In this document: positions 1-8,970 of the stretch, in pieces
Layout of the letters: each line of letters begins with the position of its first letter
How positions within the stretch are numbered: the stretch's first letter is position 1
Assembly (NCBI GenBank): GCA_022799355.1
Contig: JAAWOG010000010.1
Coordinates: forward strand, 5,766-69,765
Direction: 5' to 3'
DNA: 64,000 nt
Source: Lachnospiraceae bacterium
Lineage (GTDB): Bacteria; Bacillota; Clostridia; Lachnospirales; Lachnospiraceae
Translations under genes and position numbers: made by a program
The notes under the pieces: generated by a model
The model's input: only the letters and a program-made list of their open reading frames with translations
What the model was told of the DNA's origin: nothing
Database searches by the model: none

Positions 1-156
1 CGGGGAGTTCCTGTTTTAAAATATGAAGACTTAGAGTCAGGGAGTTATGAGGATTTATTACAAACGGTAGATATGATTCCGGCAAAGAAGCTGATTGAAG
101 AAGAGTATTTTAATAAAGAGTTTCTAGGAAAGTGTTGGGGGATAATTTTCGACTGA
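1..156 (+). CDS. 3' end of an upstream CDS (51 codons plus TGA); function unassigned
   Basis: Frame 1 is open from base 1 to TGA at 154-156 (..GVPVLKYEDLESGSYEDLLQTVDMIPAKKLIEEEYFNKEFLGKCWGIIFD*). It is missing from the ORF track only because its start lies outside the window. 51 residues are too few for a family call. Confidence 0.3.
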   Translation, partial: RGVPVLKYEDLESGSYEDLLQTVDMIPAKKLIEEEYFNKEFLGKCWGIIFD

Positions 157-185
157 CTATAGAAATATTAGGATAAAGGACAGAT

Positions 186-1301
186 GTGGAAATGAGTGAT
201 AAAATATTAGTTACACGTGCCGTGTTACCTGATATCAATGAGTATATGCAAGAACTTCGGGAAGTATGGGATTCTCATTGGTTAACCAATATGGGACCTA
301 AACATGAAATGTTTAGGTCCCATTTAAAAAGCTATTTAAATGTTGAAGATATAGAACTTTTTACTAATGGCCACATGGCGCTTGAATTAACATTACAGGC
401 TTTTAATCTACAGGGAGAAGTTATTACTACTCCCTTTACTTTTGCATCTACAACACATGCAATAGTAAGAAATGGGCTTGAACCAGTATTTTGTGATATT
501 GAGCCTGATAACTATACTATTGATACAAGCAAAATAGAAGAACTGATAACTGATAGAACATGTGCAATTTTACCAGTACATGTATATGGGAATATTTGTA
601 AAATAGAAGAAATAGAAAGAATTGCATGTAAGTATGGGCTTAAGGTTATTTATGATGCTGCTCATGCATTTGGAGAGTATTACAATGGAAAAAGTATTGG
701 ATCATATGGTGATGCTTCCTGCTTCAGCTTTCATGCAACGAAGGTATTTAATACAATAGAAGGCGGGGCGACATGTTATAAAGGCAAGGAGTTAGGAAGC
801 TGCTTATATGAATTAAAAAATTTTGGGATACATGATGCCGAGTGCGTAACGGCAGTAGGGGCGAATGCAAAGATGAATGAGTTTTGTGCGGCTATGGGAA
901 TATGTAATTTGCGGCACATTGAAGATAATATTGAAAAAAGAAAAAAAGTAGTGAACAGATATTATGAAAATTTAAAGGATATTGCAGGCATTTATCTTAA
1001 TGATTTTAGCAAAATTGAAAGACCAAATTATGCATATTTTCCTATTGTCATTGATGAAAAGATTTTTGGAGCAAGTAGAAATGAAGTGTGTGATAAGTTA
1101 TTGAGTAAAGGCATAGAACCAAGAAAATATTTTTATCCATTGACTAACAGTTTTTCTGCGTTTCATAAAAAATATGATATTCAAAAAACGCCTAATGCTC
1201 TGAGAGTGAGTAAACGTGTTTTGACGTTGCCATTATATCCGGACATACAGTTAGATATAGTGGATAGAATATGTGAATTAATAACAAAAAGTGTGGGATG
1301 A
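186..1301 (+). CDS. DegT/DnrJ/EryC1/StrS-family PLP-dependent nucleotide-sugar aminotransferase
   Basis: 371-aa ORF. It shows the typical fold-I sugar aminotransferase pattern (DAAHAFG; PLP-lysine context SFHATKVFNTIEGGA). Start is GTG 186 or ATG 192. Confidence 0.85.
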   Translation: MEMSDKILVTRAVLPDINEYMQELREVWDSHWLTNMGPKHEMFRSHLKSYLNVEDIELFTNGHMALELTLQAFNLQGEVITTPFTFASTTHAIVRNGLEPVFCDIEPDNYTIDTSKIEELITDRTCAILPVHVYGNICKIEEIERIACKYGLKVIYDAAHAFGEYYNGKSIGSYGDASCFSFHATKVFNTIEGGATCYKGKELGSCLYELKNFGIHDAECVTAVGANAKMNEFCAAMGICNLRHIEDNIEKRKKVVNRYYENLKDIAGIYLNDFSKIERPNYAYFPIVIDEKIFGASRNEVCDKLLSKGIEPRKYFYPLTNSFSAFHKKYDIQKTPNALRVSKRVLTLPLYPDIQLDIVDRICELITKSVG

Positions 1302-1309
1302 ATTAGTGT

Positions 1310-2047
1310 ATGAGCATATTTATGATTGTTGATAATCAATATATATATGAAGGCATTAGAAATCTGGTGGAGGAGATTAATCTGAATGAAAAAATAGATT
1401 TTTTTTATTCTTATCATAATGTAGCCTTTAGAAAACGATATTGTAATGATGACATATTTTGTCCGGTTTCCTTAAAAAAATGTACAGAAGACTTTTGGAA
1501 GCAATATGATGTCTTTTTTTCGTTTCATTGTAAGCAATTATTTCCAGATGCACTTGTCAAAAATCATAGATGTATTAATATACATCCGGGATTTAACCCC
1601 TATAATCGTGGGTGGTTTCCTCAGGTTTTTAGTATTCTTAATCAACAACCGATTGGTGTAACAATACATGAAATGGATTCAGAGATTGACCACGGACCTA
1701 TTATATATCAGGAAGAGGTGTTGATAGAGTCTTATGATACTTCATATGATGTATATCAAAAGATTTTACAGAAAGAAATGGAGATGTTGAGGAGAAATTT
1801 ATATAGTTTAGTTAAAGGGGAATATAATGCTGTCTCAGTGAAAGCAATTGGAAATATTAATTATAAAGAGGATTTTAACAGACTATGTAAATTAAAATTG
1901 GACCAGGTGGGGACTTTAGGAGAACATATAAACCTTCTCAGGGCATTGACTTTTGAGGGGTATAAAAATGCTTATTTTGAAGAGGGCAGTAAAAAAATAT
2001 ATACATCTATAAAATTTGAAATAGAGGAAAATCAAATGAGAAATTAA
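1310..2047 (+). CDS. Sugar N-formyltransferase (VioF/WbtJ-like, N10-formyl-THF dependent)
   Basis: 245-aa ORF starting 8 nt after the aminotransferase. It has the formyltransferase core motif CINIHPGFNPYNRGWFPQVFSI followed by HEMDSEIDHGPII (His...Asp catalytic pattern). The pairing with a DegT aminotransferase is typical of formamido-sugar pathways. Confidence 0.7.
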   Translation: MSIFMIVDNQYIYEGIRNLVEEINLNEKIDFFYSYHNVAFRKRYCNDDIFCPVSLKKCTEDFWKQYDVFFSFHCKQLFPDALVKNHRCINIHPGFNPYNRGWFPQVFSILNQQPIGVTIHEMDSEIDHGPIIYQEEVLIESYDTSYDVYQKILQKEMEMLRRNLYSLVKGEYNAVSVKAIGNINYKEDFNRLCKLKLDQVGTLGEHINLLRALTFEGYKNAYFEEGSKKIYTSIKFEIEENQMRN

Positions 2048-2092
2048 TAATTGATTTATAGAGATACCTAAAACAATAGGAAGGAAATTATT

Positions 2093-3280
2093 ATGATTAG
2101 AATTACAGCAGTTTTCAATTTTCCATCGCCGACAACAGTCAGATTATTCCAATTAATTGCTAGACAGGAAGACATAGATTTACAAGTATTATTTTGTAAG
2201 AAACCTTTAAATGAAACAAGTGATGGATACTTTTATTCACGAAAAAATATAAGAAGTGAATGGAATGTTCCTCTTCTTACAGGATATAAATATCATTTTT
2301 TGGAAGATCCATTTGATTTTAACCCGTCTAATGTACTGGGAATTATAAATCCTGAAATTAAGAAATATATCTTTTCTAATGAAATGGATATATTGCTGAT
2401 AGGGACAAGTTTTTGGTCCTGGACTACTTGGGCCGCAATTAATGTAGCTAAAAAGAAAGGCATTGCTTTAATTACTAAATGCACTATAGAAACAGAAAAA
2501 AAAAGAAATCTTATTTTAGATATTATCAGAAGGAATGTTGTAAAAAAGTATTTTAAAAATATGACAGCCGGTATATTTGAAACAGAAGGACAAAAGAAAT
2601 TTATGATTTCTCACGGGTTGAAAGAAAAATCTGTGTTTTGGGCACCAAGTGCAGTGAGTAATGAATTTTTTGATGATAGAATAAAGGAACTTAACAGAGA
2701 TGAGATAAGGTCCGAGTTAGGATTGAAAAAAGAAGATACGGTTTTTGTGTTTCTAGCCAATATTATAGAACGAAAAAGACCAAAAGATCTTTTATTGGCA
2801 TATGAGAGATTGAGAAAAGAAAGAAAGAATATATGCCTATTCTATATTGGTGATGGTGATTTAAGAAATAGATTAGAAGAATATGTTGCGAAAATGGCGA
2901 TAGAGAGAGTTTGCTTTTTAGGATTTTTAAATCATCATGAGATGTGTAAATACTTAATGGCAAGTGACGTATTTGTCCTTCCATCGGAAAATGATGCATC
3001 TCCAAAATCATTAAATGAGGCAATGAATTTTTCATTGCCAATAGTTATTACAGATGGAGTAGGCAGTGCATCAGAATTATTAGAGGAAGGAGTTAATGGG
3101 TTTATTTACCATAGAGGGGACATTGATGAATTGGTTAATATTTTGTCTAAAATGGTAGATAATTCTGACATGAGGAGGGAAATGGGTATCGAGAGTAAGA
3201 GACTGGTTGAGAAAAACGGTATAGATAAAGCGATAGATGGATGGAGGGAGGCTGCTAAGTATTGTTTAGATTTGAGGTAA
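2093..3280 (+). CDS. GT-B glycosyltransferase, family 4-like
   Basis: 395 aa, preceded by AGGAAGGA SD. The C-terminal domain carries the GT4 signature region VLPSENDASPKSLNEAMNFSLPIVITDGVGSASELLEEGVNGFIY. Confidence 0.8.
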   Translation: MIRITAVFNFPSPTTVRLFQLIARQEDIDLQVLFCKKPLNETSDGYFYSRKNIRSEWNVPLLTGYKYHFLEDPFDFNPSNVLGIINPEIKKYIFSNEMDILLIGTSFWSWTTWAAINVAKKKGIALITKCTIETEKKRNLILDIIRRNVVKKYFKNMTAGIFETEGQKKFMISHGLKEKSVFWAPSAVSNEFFDDRIKELNRDEIRSELGLKKEDTVFVFLANIIERKRPKDLLLAYERLRKERKNICLFYIGDGDLRNRLEEYVAKMAIERVCFLGFLNHHEMCKYLMASDVFVLPSENDASPKSLNEAMNFSLPIVITDGVGSASELLEEGVNGFIYHRGDIDELVNILSKMVDNSDMRREMGIESKRLVEKNGIDKAIDGWREAAKYCLDLR

Positions 3281-3295
3281 AGGAAATATAAAACA

Positions 3296-3970
3296 ATGCA
3301 ATATAATTTATGGAGAAAAGAAATTAAACATATATATATAAAAGAAAATAAGCTGTTCACAATAGTTTTGTTATGCATCTATATAGGTTTGTGCATTCAA
3401 GTTTCTGGCATTATTGCGAAAATTGTTTGTGGATCATTACTTTTGTTAACTCTTTTCATAAATAAAAAGCGGGAATATATCATTACATTTTATATGTTAC
3501 TTTTTTCAATGATTATGATATTTTGTTCTATTAAATATATACCAGGTTGGGTGGCACGGACACATAATATTTCTACTGACAGTATTTGGGGACGAAGCAG
3601 TGGATTTGGGGATACTTTGATATTTACGTTGATTAAGGATAAGAAATGTATTTTAAAAAAAGACTGTTGGTATTATGAATATATCGATATATTCGCTGAA
3701 GAAGTTACTACAGATGAGGAATATGAAATTATTATAAATCAGGATACTTATTCTGAATTGCAAGAAAGATGCCGCCGGGTGGGATGGATGCATATAGATG
3801 CGGATTTTCTTTTAATAGAAGAAAAGGCACTTCAACGCTTCCGTAATGGAGACGAGGTTTACTTATATGTTGATCCGGAGGGGCTGGCAGAAGCAGATAC
3901 GGTTATTGTTTTAAATGATGAGGAAGGGAATATCTATATTGAGTCAAAATATGAATGGGAGAAGAAATAG
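3296..3970 (+). CDS. Hypothetical membrane-anchored protein (about 3 N-terminal TM segments plus an acidic soluble C-terminal domain)
   Basis: 224-aa ORF in operon context. The N-terminus is hydrophobic (LFTIVLLCIYIGLCIQVSGIIAKIVCGSLLLLTLFI..). I recognise no family. Confidence 0.45.
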   Translation: MQYNLWRKEIKHIYIKENKLFTIVLLCIYIGLCIQVSGIIAKIVCGSLLLLTLFINKKREYIITFYMLLFSMIMIFCSIKYIPGWVARTHNISTDSIWGRSSGFGDTLIFTLIKDKKCILKKDCWYYEYIDIFAEEVTTDEEYEIIINQDTYSELQERCRRVGWMHIDADFLLIEEKALQRFRNGDEVYLYVDPEGLAEADTVIVLNDEEGNIYIESKYEWEKK

Positions 3971-5585
3971 AATTAAATTAAAGAGTGTCTTGTCTATTAT
4001 ATTGTTCATTTTTTCAATAGTTTTTACTATTATTATGAGACAGAGAGATTACGTAGTCGCATTGTCTGAACCATTATATACGGAAGTTTATAAGATCACG
4101 GAACTATTTCAGGTACGGCAGATTATAGCAAGCCTATTTTTTTTCTTTGTGGGATATCTGATTATAACAGTAATTATACCTGAATTGCCAGATATATTTA
4201 GAATGATTTTAGCAATACCAACGTCAATTGTAGTTTGGGGAACGATTTCAATCATTGTACTTTTACTACGGCTTCCTTATACAAAGCAGTTGATGTTTTT
4301 AATACAGGGTATATTAGCAATTGTTTTCATTTATATTCTTGCACGCAGAAAGACTTTGGCATTGAGGCACTTTCTGCAATTTATAATAAGGCTGGCAGTA
4401 GTTTCATCATTTGTAAATATTATTTCAACAGGAATTATCAGATATACAGTAGCATCAGATACGTATTATTATATATATACTTATGGAAGATTGATTGCAA
4501 AAGCGGGAAAATTATCGGCTGAGAGTATGGGGAATCTTCTTGAGACAACAGGACTGATGATGGCAGTAATGGCGAGTTTTGCAGTATTCTGTGGATTTGA
4601 GACAATTCAGATTATCCATTTTATGTTGATATTTTCTTTTTTAGGACTGTTAGTTTATTATTTGTATCATATAATATGTACATATGGAGCGGATAAGAAA
4701 AAGGCGGGAGTAATTGTGGCATTTATTTTAGGATGCGCAATATCACCTCTTTTTTTAATAAGTAATTTGATTATATCACATTCATGGATGATGGTGTTTT
4801 TATTTATATGTTCCTTTTATATGAAAGAATATATAAATACAATAAATTATAATATAAGACAGAAGATTATAGGGATAATGTCTCTGTATTTATTGTGGAT
4901 GTCTTTTTTACGTATAGAGGCAATTATTACAATTCTATTTTTAATTGTTTGTTTTACATATCTGGGTATTTCACGGAGGGAACTATTGATATTAAGTTTT
5001 CCAACATTAGTTATGAATGCTGTTTTTCATATTGAGATGCAATTTTTAATAAGAAGAGCCAATGATCATTTATCATATGGGACTGTGTTTGTTACCCCTA
5101 AGGCGCTCATAATTATTTTTCTGGCTATTATTCTTATGGGAGGCTATATCGTATTTTATAATATAAAGTTATTAAAAATTATGAGAGGACATCTTCCAGT
5201 TATAATAATAGTATCATTGTTAGCAGCAAGTGTTATAATTTGCCTTCCGGATAAGGAACGGACTATCAATAATTTTCATTCCATTTTTTATAATTTGGCG
5301 AATGAAAGGTGGTATTATTTTCCACATTTAGTCGCACTGCTTACTTTAATCATTTTGAAAGGTAAAAAGAATTATGGGTTCTGGGATATGATAACATTCG
5401 GAATGATTTTACTGAATTTTGCGATGTGTATGGGGAGAGTTCAATATCTTCGAGACGGCTGGGGTGACTCTTTCAACAGATATTTGTTGCAGGCGGTTCC
5501 ATTTATGCTTGTTTTTCTGACAGATAATATTGGGGAAATAGTTTATGGATTAGAGAAGGCGGAGCGTGCTAAAACAAGTATTTAG
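3951..5585 (+). CDS. Large polytopic membrane protein (at least 12 hydrophobic segments); candidate polymerase or GT-C-type enzyme, family unknown
   Basis: The ORF track gives 3915..5585. ATG 3951 (MNGRRNRIKLKSVLSIILFIF..) is the more plausible start. The sequence is almost entirely hydrophobic helices and lies in operon context between a GT4 and a GtrA/GT2 module. Confidence 0.55.
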   Translation: MNGRRNRIKLKSVLSIILFIFSIVFTIIMRQRDYVVALSEPLYTEVYKITELFQVRQIIASLFFFFVGYLIITVIIPELPDIFRMILAIPTSIVVWGTISIIVLLLRLPYTKQLMFLIQGILAIVFIYILARRKTLALRHFLQFIIRLAVVSSFVNIISTGIIRYTVASDTYYYIYTYGRLIAKAGKLSAESMGNLLETTGLMMAVMASFAVFCGFETIQIIHFMLIFSFLGLLVYYLYHIICTYGADKKKAGVIVAFILGCAISPLFLISNLIISHSWMMVFLFICSFYMKEYINTINYNIRQKIIGIMSLYLLWMSFLRIEAIITILFLIVCFTYLGISRRELLILSFPTLVMNAVFHIEMQFLIRRANDHLSYGTVFVTPKALIIIFLAIILMGGYIVFYNIKLLKIMRGHLPVIIIVSLLAASVIICLPDKERTINNFHSIFYNLANERWYYFPHLVALLTLIILKGKKNYGFWDMITFGMILLNFAMCMGRVQYLRDGWGDSFNRYLLQAVPFMLVFLTDNIGEIVYGLEKAERAKTSI

Positions 5586-5587
5586 AG

Positions 5588-6331
5588 GTGAATGAAATGA
5601 GTCAAAATCTGTTGGCTGAAAATTTAACCCATTGGGATTATATAGACCGCTATTCTAAGTGGATGTACGATGTTTATTCGGATTACATCGGAAAAAGTGT
5701 GTTTGATGTTGGAGCAGGCATGGGGCGAATGGTTGACTTTTATATCAGAGAAGTGGAAAAAGTGACTGCAACAGATATTTTTCAGGAACAGGTTGACTTT
5801 ATGAATAAGCGTTTTGAGCAATATCCATATTTTCATGCTGAACTTGTAGATATTTTGAAGGATGCCCTGGAAGAATACGAAGGAAAGTTTGACACGGTCC
5901 TCTGCATTAATGTTTTGGAACATCTTTCGGATGACTATAAAGCGGTAGGAAATATGAAGTATATTCTGCGGGACGGGGGGGTATTGATCCTTATGGTTCC
6001 TGCATTTCAAAAGCTGTATTGCCGGCTCGACAGCGCTGTTAACCACTATAGAAGATATGATCCGGGGCGCCTTGTGGATATTGCTGAAAAAAACAGGATG
6101 GAGATAATAAGGCATCACTATTTTAATATATTGGGGATTATTCCATACTGGCTAAAAGGAAAAAGCAGGAAGGGACAGGCAGGGAGTTTCAGTTTATCGT
6201 TGAATGAGTCCAATTCGAGGATATATAATTTTGCCGCAGGCATTATGGAACCAATAGAAAAGCGCTTTCCGCCCGGGATCGGCTTGACGGAGGTTATCAT
6301 TTTGAGAAAGCAGTATGAAAATCACAATTAG
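5588..6331 (+). CDS. Class I SAM-dependent methyltransferase
   Basis: SAM-binding motif I VFDVGAGMGR, then acidic TD and the post-I/II pattern VLCINVLEHL..GGVLILMVP. Probable start is ATG 5597 after an AGAGG SD. The gene contains a G7 tract at 5975-5981. Confidence 0.8.
   Translation: MNEMSQNLLAENLTHWDYIDRYSKWMYDVYSDYIGKSVFDVGAGMGRMVDFYIREVEKVTATDIFQEQVDFMNKRFEQYPYFHAELVDILKDALEEYEGKFDTVLCINVLEHLSDDYKAVGNMKYILRDGGVLILMVPAFQKLYCRLDSAVNHYRRYDPGRLVDIAEKNRMEIIRHHYFNILGIIPYWLKGKSRKGQAGSFSLSLNESNSRIYNFAAGIMEPIEKRFPPGIGLTEVIILRKQYENHN
5975..5981 (+). repeat. G7 homopolymer inside methyltransferase 5588..6331 (context GAC-GGGGGGG-TA)
   Basis: Codons 130-132 read GGG GGG GTA (Gly-Gly-Val). The tract is in frame. 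Confidence 0.9.
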
Positions 6332-6719
6332 CAGAGAACAAAGGGATTACATAATATGGGGAGCGGCATCTGCCGTATTAAACATAGGGGGTTTTCAACT
6401 CCTTATTTTTATGGGGGCAGATTATAAAACGGCAAATATCATAACCCTGATTGCCAACAGGTTTTTTTGTTATATAACAAATAAAATATTTGTGTTTCGG
6501 ACAAAGTGTGATGGCTGGCAGCAGCTTATAAAAGAAATAGTGCTGTTTATTCTTGCAAGATCCGTGACGCTTCTGATGGATTATTTTGGTGTAGTATTGC
6601 TGGTTGAAGTAATAGGAATAAAGTCTTTTATAAGCAAAGCGGTTCTGATGGTTTTGGTGGTGCTGACAAATTATCTGTCAGGCAAATGGTTCGTATTTAA
6701 AAAAGACAGAGCAAAATAG
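6315..6719 (+). CDS. GtrA-family small membrane protein (putative polyprenol-P-sugar flippase component)
   Basis: 134 aa with 4 hydrophobic helices. It has a GtrA-like N-terminus (YIIWGAASAVLNIGGFQLLIF) and C-terminus (VLTNYLSGKWFVFKK). It lies directly upstream of a polyprenol-phosphate-type GT2. Confidence 0.75.
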   Translation: MKITISREQRDYIIWGAASAVLNIGGFQLLIFMGADYKTANIITLIANRFFCYITNKIFVFRTKCDGWQQLIKEIVLFILARSVTLLMDYFGVVLLVEVIGIKSFISKAVLMVLVVLTNYLSGKWFVFKKDRAK

Positions 6720-6735
6720 GAAAGAAGGTATTGGA

Positions 6736-7701
6736 GTGAAACTGATTATTCAGATTCCATGTTATAACGAAGCGGAAACATTAAAGATTGCCCTGGATGC
6801 TTTGCCAAGGCATATAGAGGGAATAGATAGTATCGAGTACCTTATCATCAATGACGGGAGTAAGGACGGGACCGTAGAGATAGCACGGGAGTGGGGAGTC
6901 CATTATGTGGTGAATTTCAAACAAAATAAGGGGTTGGCAAGGGGATTTATGGCAGGTCTGGATGCCTGCTGCAGGAATGGAGCGGATATCATTGTAAATA
7001 CGGATGCTGATAACCAGTATTGTGCTGATGATATAGAAAAATTAGTGAAGCCGATATTGGATGGGGAGTATGATATTGTGATTGGTGAAAGGCCCATAGA
7101 TGATACGGTACATTTTTCTTTGGTGAAAAAGAAACTGCAGCATTTAGGGAGCTGGGCGGTACGGAAAGCGTCGGCAACGGACATACCGGATGCACCAAGT
7201 GGTTTCAGGGCGTACAGCAGGGAGGCGGCACTGAAGATTAATGTGATAAATGAGTATACATATACGCTTGAGACGATTATCCAGGCGGGGAGGGATAAAA
7301 TAGCAATGACATCCGTTCCGGTCAGGACAAATGAAGAATTGAGAAAATCCCGCCTTTTCCGCAGCATGGGAAGCTATGTGAGAAGGAGCGGGGGGGTAAT
7401 TGTGCGTTCCTTTGTTATGTATAAACCCTTAAAGTTTTTTATCATTTCCGGTCTGATACCATTTACCATGGGAGCCCTGATCAGTATGAGGTTCCTTTTT
7501 TATTATGTAAAAGGATTGGGGGGAGGGCACATACAGTCACTGATCCTTGCGGCGGTATTGATGATGCTGGGGTGGCAGACCATTGTAGCAGGTTTCCAGG
7601 CGGACATCATTGCCGCGAACAGAAAACTTTTACAGGATGTACAATACAGGATAAAAAAACTGGAGATAGGAAATGGGGATAATGGGAAAGAAGGAATATA
7701 A
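6736..7701 (+). CDS. GT2 polyprenol-phosphate glycosyltransferase (DPM1/GtrB/CsbB-like) with C-terminal TM helices
   Basis: IQIPCYNEAETL near the N-terminus, INDGSKDGT, the NTDADNQY acidic motif, and two C-terminal TM helices (FFIISGLIPFTMGALI.., LILAAVLMMLGWQTIVAGF). GTG start after GAAAGAAGG. The gene contains a G7 tract at 7390-7396. Confidence 0.85.
   Translation: MKLIIQIPCYNEAETLKIALDALPRHIEGIDSIEYLIINDGSKDGTVEIAREWGVHYVVNFKQNKGLARGFMAGLDACCRNGADIIVNTDADNQYCADDIEKLVKPILDGEYDIVIGERPIDDTVHFSLVKKKLQHLGSWAVRKASATDIPDAPSGFRAYSREAALKINVINEYTYTLETIIQAGRDKIAMTSVPVRTNEELRKSRLFRSMGSYVRRSGGVIVRSFVMYKPLKFFIISGLIPFTMGALISMRFLFYYVKGLGGGHIQSLILAAVLMMLGWQTIVAGFQADIIAANRKLLQDVQYRIKKLEIGNGDNGKEGI
7390..7396 (+). 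repeat. G7 homopolymer inside GT2 6736..7701 (context AGC-GGGGGGG-TA)
   Basis: Codons 219-221 read GGG GGG GTA (Gly-Gly-Val). The tract is in frame, just before the C-terminal TM helices. Confidence 0.9.
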
Positions 7702-8317
7702 GGAGGCCTGCCAGCCGGAAGGAAATTATTTTGATAAATACGGTTCTAATAATCCTATTGTAAAAAGACTGATGAAAGGGTATTTTGACTCATTCGGGAA
7801 ACTGCTGAGTGAATCCGGAATTTCCCGGGGGGGGTATATCCTGGAAGCCGGATGCGGGGAAGGGCATGTGGCAGCGTTTATGCAGAAGAAGGTAGAGGGT
7901 GTTTTGATAGATGCTTTTGATATTTCTGAAAAGGTTATCAGGGAAGCGGAGGAGGAATATTCAGGGATACATTTTTTTGTGCATAATATATATGACGCAC
8001 AGGAGGGGAAGAAGTATGGCCTTATAGTGTGCAGTGAAGTCTTAGAGCATATGGAACGGCCGCAGGATGCGGTCAGAAGTCTTATGAAAAGCGGAGAGAA
8101 GTTTATTTTCAGTGTACCCCATGAACCGGTCTGGAGGATCATGAATATGGCAAGGGGGAAATATATCAGGAATTTCGGGAATACACCGGGGCATATACAG
8201 CATTTCACTAAGAAAAGCTTTTACAGGATGTTGATGGAATGCGAACTTGAGGTGATCCGATATGAGGAGCCGTTGCCATGGCTTATGGTGTATTGCCGGA
8301 AAATCAATGAAAGTTAG
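7673..8317 (+). CDS. Class I SAM-dependent methyltransferase (second copy, unrelated in sequence to 5588..6331)
   Basis: Motif I ILEAGCGEGH, then DAFD and LIVCSEVLEHM. It overlaps the end of the GT2 gene by 29 nt. The gene contains a G8 tract at 7827-7834, immediately before motif I. Confidence 0.8.
   Translation: MGIMGKKEYKEACQPEGNYFDKYGSNNPIVKRLMKGYFDSFGKLLSESGISRGGYILEAGCGEGHVAAFMQKKVEGVLIDAFDISEKVIREAEEEYSGIHFFVHNIYDAQEGKKYGLIVCSEVLEHMERPQDAVRSLMKSGEKFIFSVPHEPVWRIMNMARGKYIRNFGNTPGHIQHFTKKSFYRMLMECELEVIRYEEPLPWLMVYCRKINES
7827..7834 (+). repeat. G8 homopolymer inside methyltransferase 7673..8317 (context CCC-GGGGGGGG-TA)
   Basis: Codons 52-55 read CGG GGG GGG TAT (Arg-Gly-Gly-Tyr). The tract is in frame, upstream of SAM motif I. 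Confidence 0.9.
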
Positions 8318-8346
8318 TATTTGAAGATGTTTGCCAGAAATGATTA

Positions 8347-8958
8347 TTGGGAGGTAAGGTGAAGGTGAATAATAGTTTTCTTTCGTATGAAGAGTTAGAA
8401 AATATTGGTTTTAAGCGGCTCGGGGGGGTAAAAGACAGAAAGGATATGGATATTTTGATCAGCCGCAAAGCAAGCATTTATAGCCCGGAAAAGATATCGA
8501 TAGGAAATCATGTAAGAATTGATGATTTTTGTATTTTAAGCGGTTGTGTAGATATTGGCAGTTATGTTCACATTGCCGCGTATAGTGCGTTATATGGTGG
8601 GGAGGATGGGATTTATATTAGTGACTTTGCAAATCTTTCATCTCGTGTAACGATATATAGCGTAAATGATGATTACTCAGGTGAGACATTAACAAATCCG
8701 ATGATTTGTGATGAGTATAAAAATGTACATAGTGAAGCGGTAAAGATTGAGAAACATGTTATTATTGGTTCAACAAGTGTAATTCTTCCGGGAGTAAACT
8801 TGGCAGAGGGAAGTGCGTTTGGGAGTTTTTCATTTATAAATCATGATTCGGAAGCCTGGAGTATTAATGCAGGTATACCATTTCAAAAAATATCAGATAG
8901 AAAACGGGAGGTTCTGGTGTGGGAAAGAAAATTTGTAAACAGAAATCAGGAAAGGTGA
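8347..8958 (+). CDS. Left-handed beta-helix (hexapeptide-repeat) O-acetyltransferase
   Basis: Repeated [LIV]-G-x4 hexapeptide pattern (ISIGNHVRIDDFCILSGCVDIGSYVHIAAYSALYGG...KIEKHVIIGSTSVILPGVNLAEGSAFGSFS). The true start is probably GTG 8359 or 8365 after a GGGAGG SD. The gene contains a G7 tract at 8422-8428. Confidence 0.75.
   Translation: MGGKVKVNNSFLSYEELENIGFKRLGGVKDRKDMDILISRKASIYSPEKISIGNHVRIDDFCILSGCVDIGSYVHIAAYSALYGGEDGIYISDFANLSSRVTIYSVNDDYSGETLTNPMICDEYKNVHSEAVKIEKHVIIGSTSVILPGVNLAEGSAFGSFSFINHDSEAWSINAGIPFQKISDRKREVLVWERKFVNRNQER
8422..8428 (+). repeat. G7 homopolymer inside acetyltransferase 8347..8958 (context CTC-GGGGGGG-TA)
   Basis: Codons 26-28 read GGG GGG GTA (Gly-Gly-Val). 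The tract is in frame, near the 5' end of the gene. Confidence 0.9.
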
Positions 8959-8970
8959 AAATATAATATC

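Noticed and set aside
2496-2504. A9 run in the GT4 gene, with a similar A9 run at 20102-20110 (Lys-Lys-Lys codons), considered as further slippage sites
   Set aside because: A/T homopolymers of this length are expected in AT-rich Lys-rich coding DNA. They are not clustered, share no flanking context and cause no frameshift here. They may still be worth a glance in the read data.
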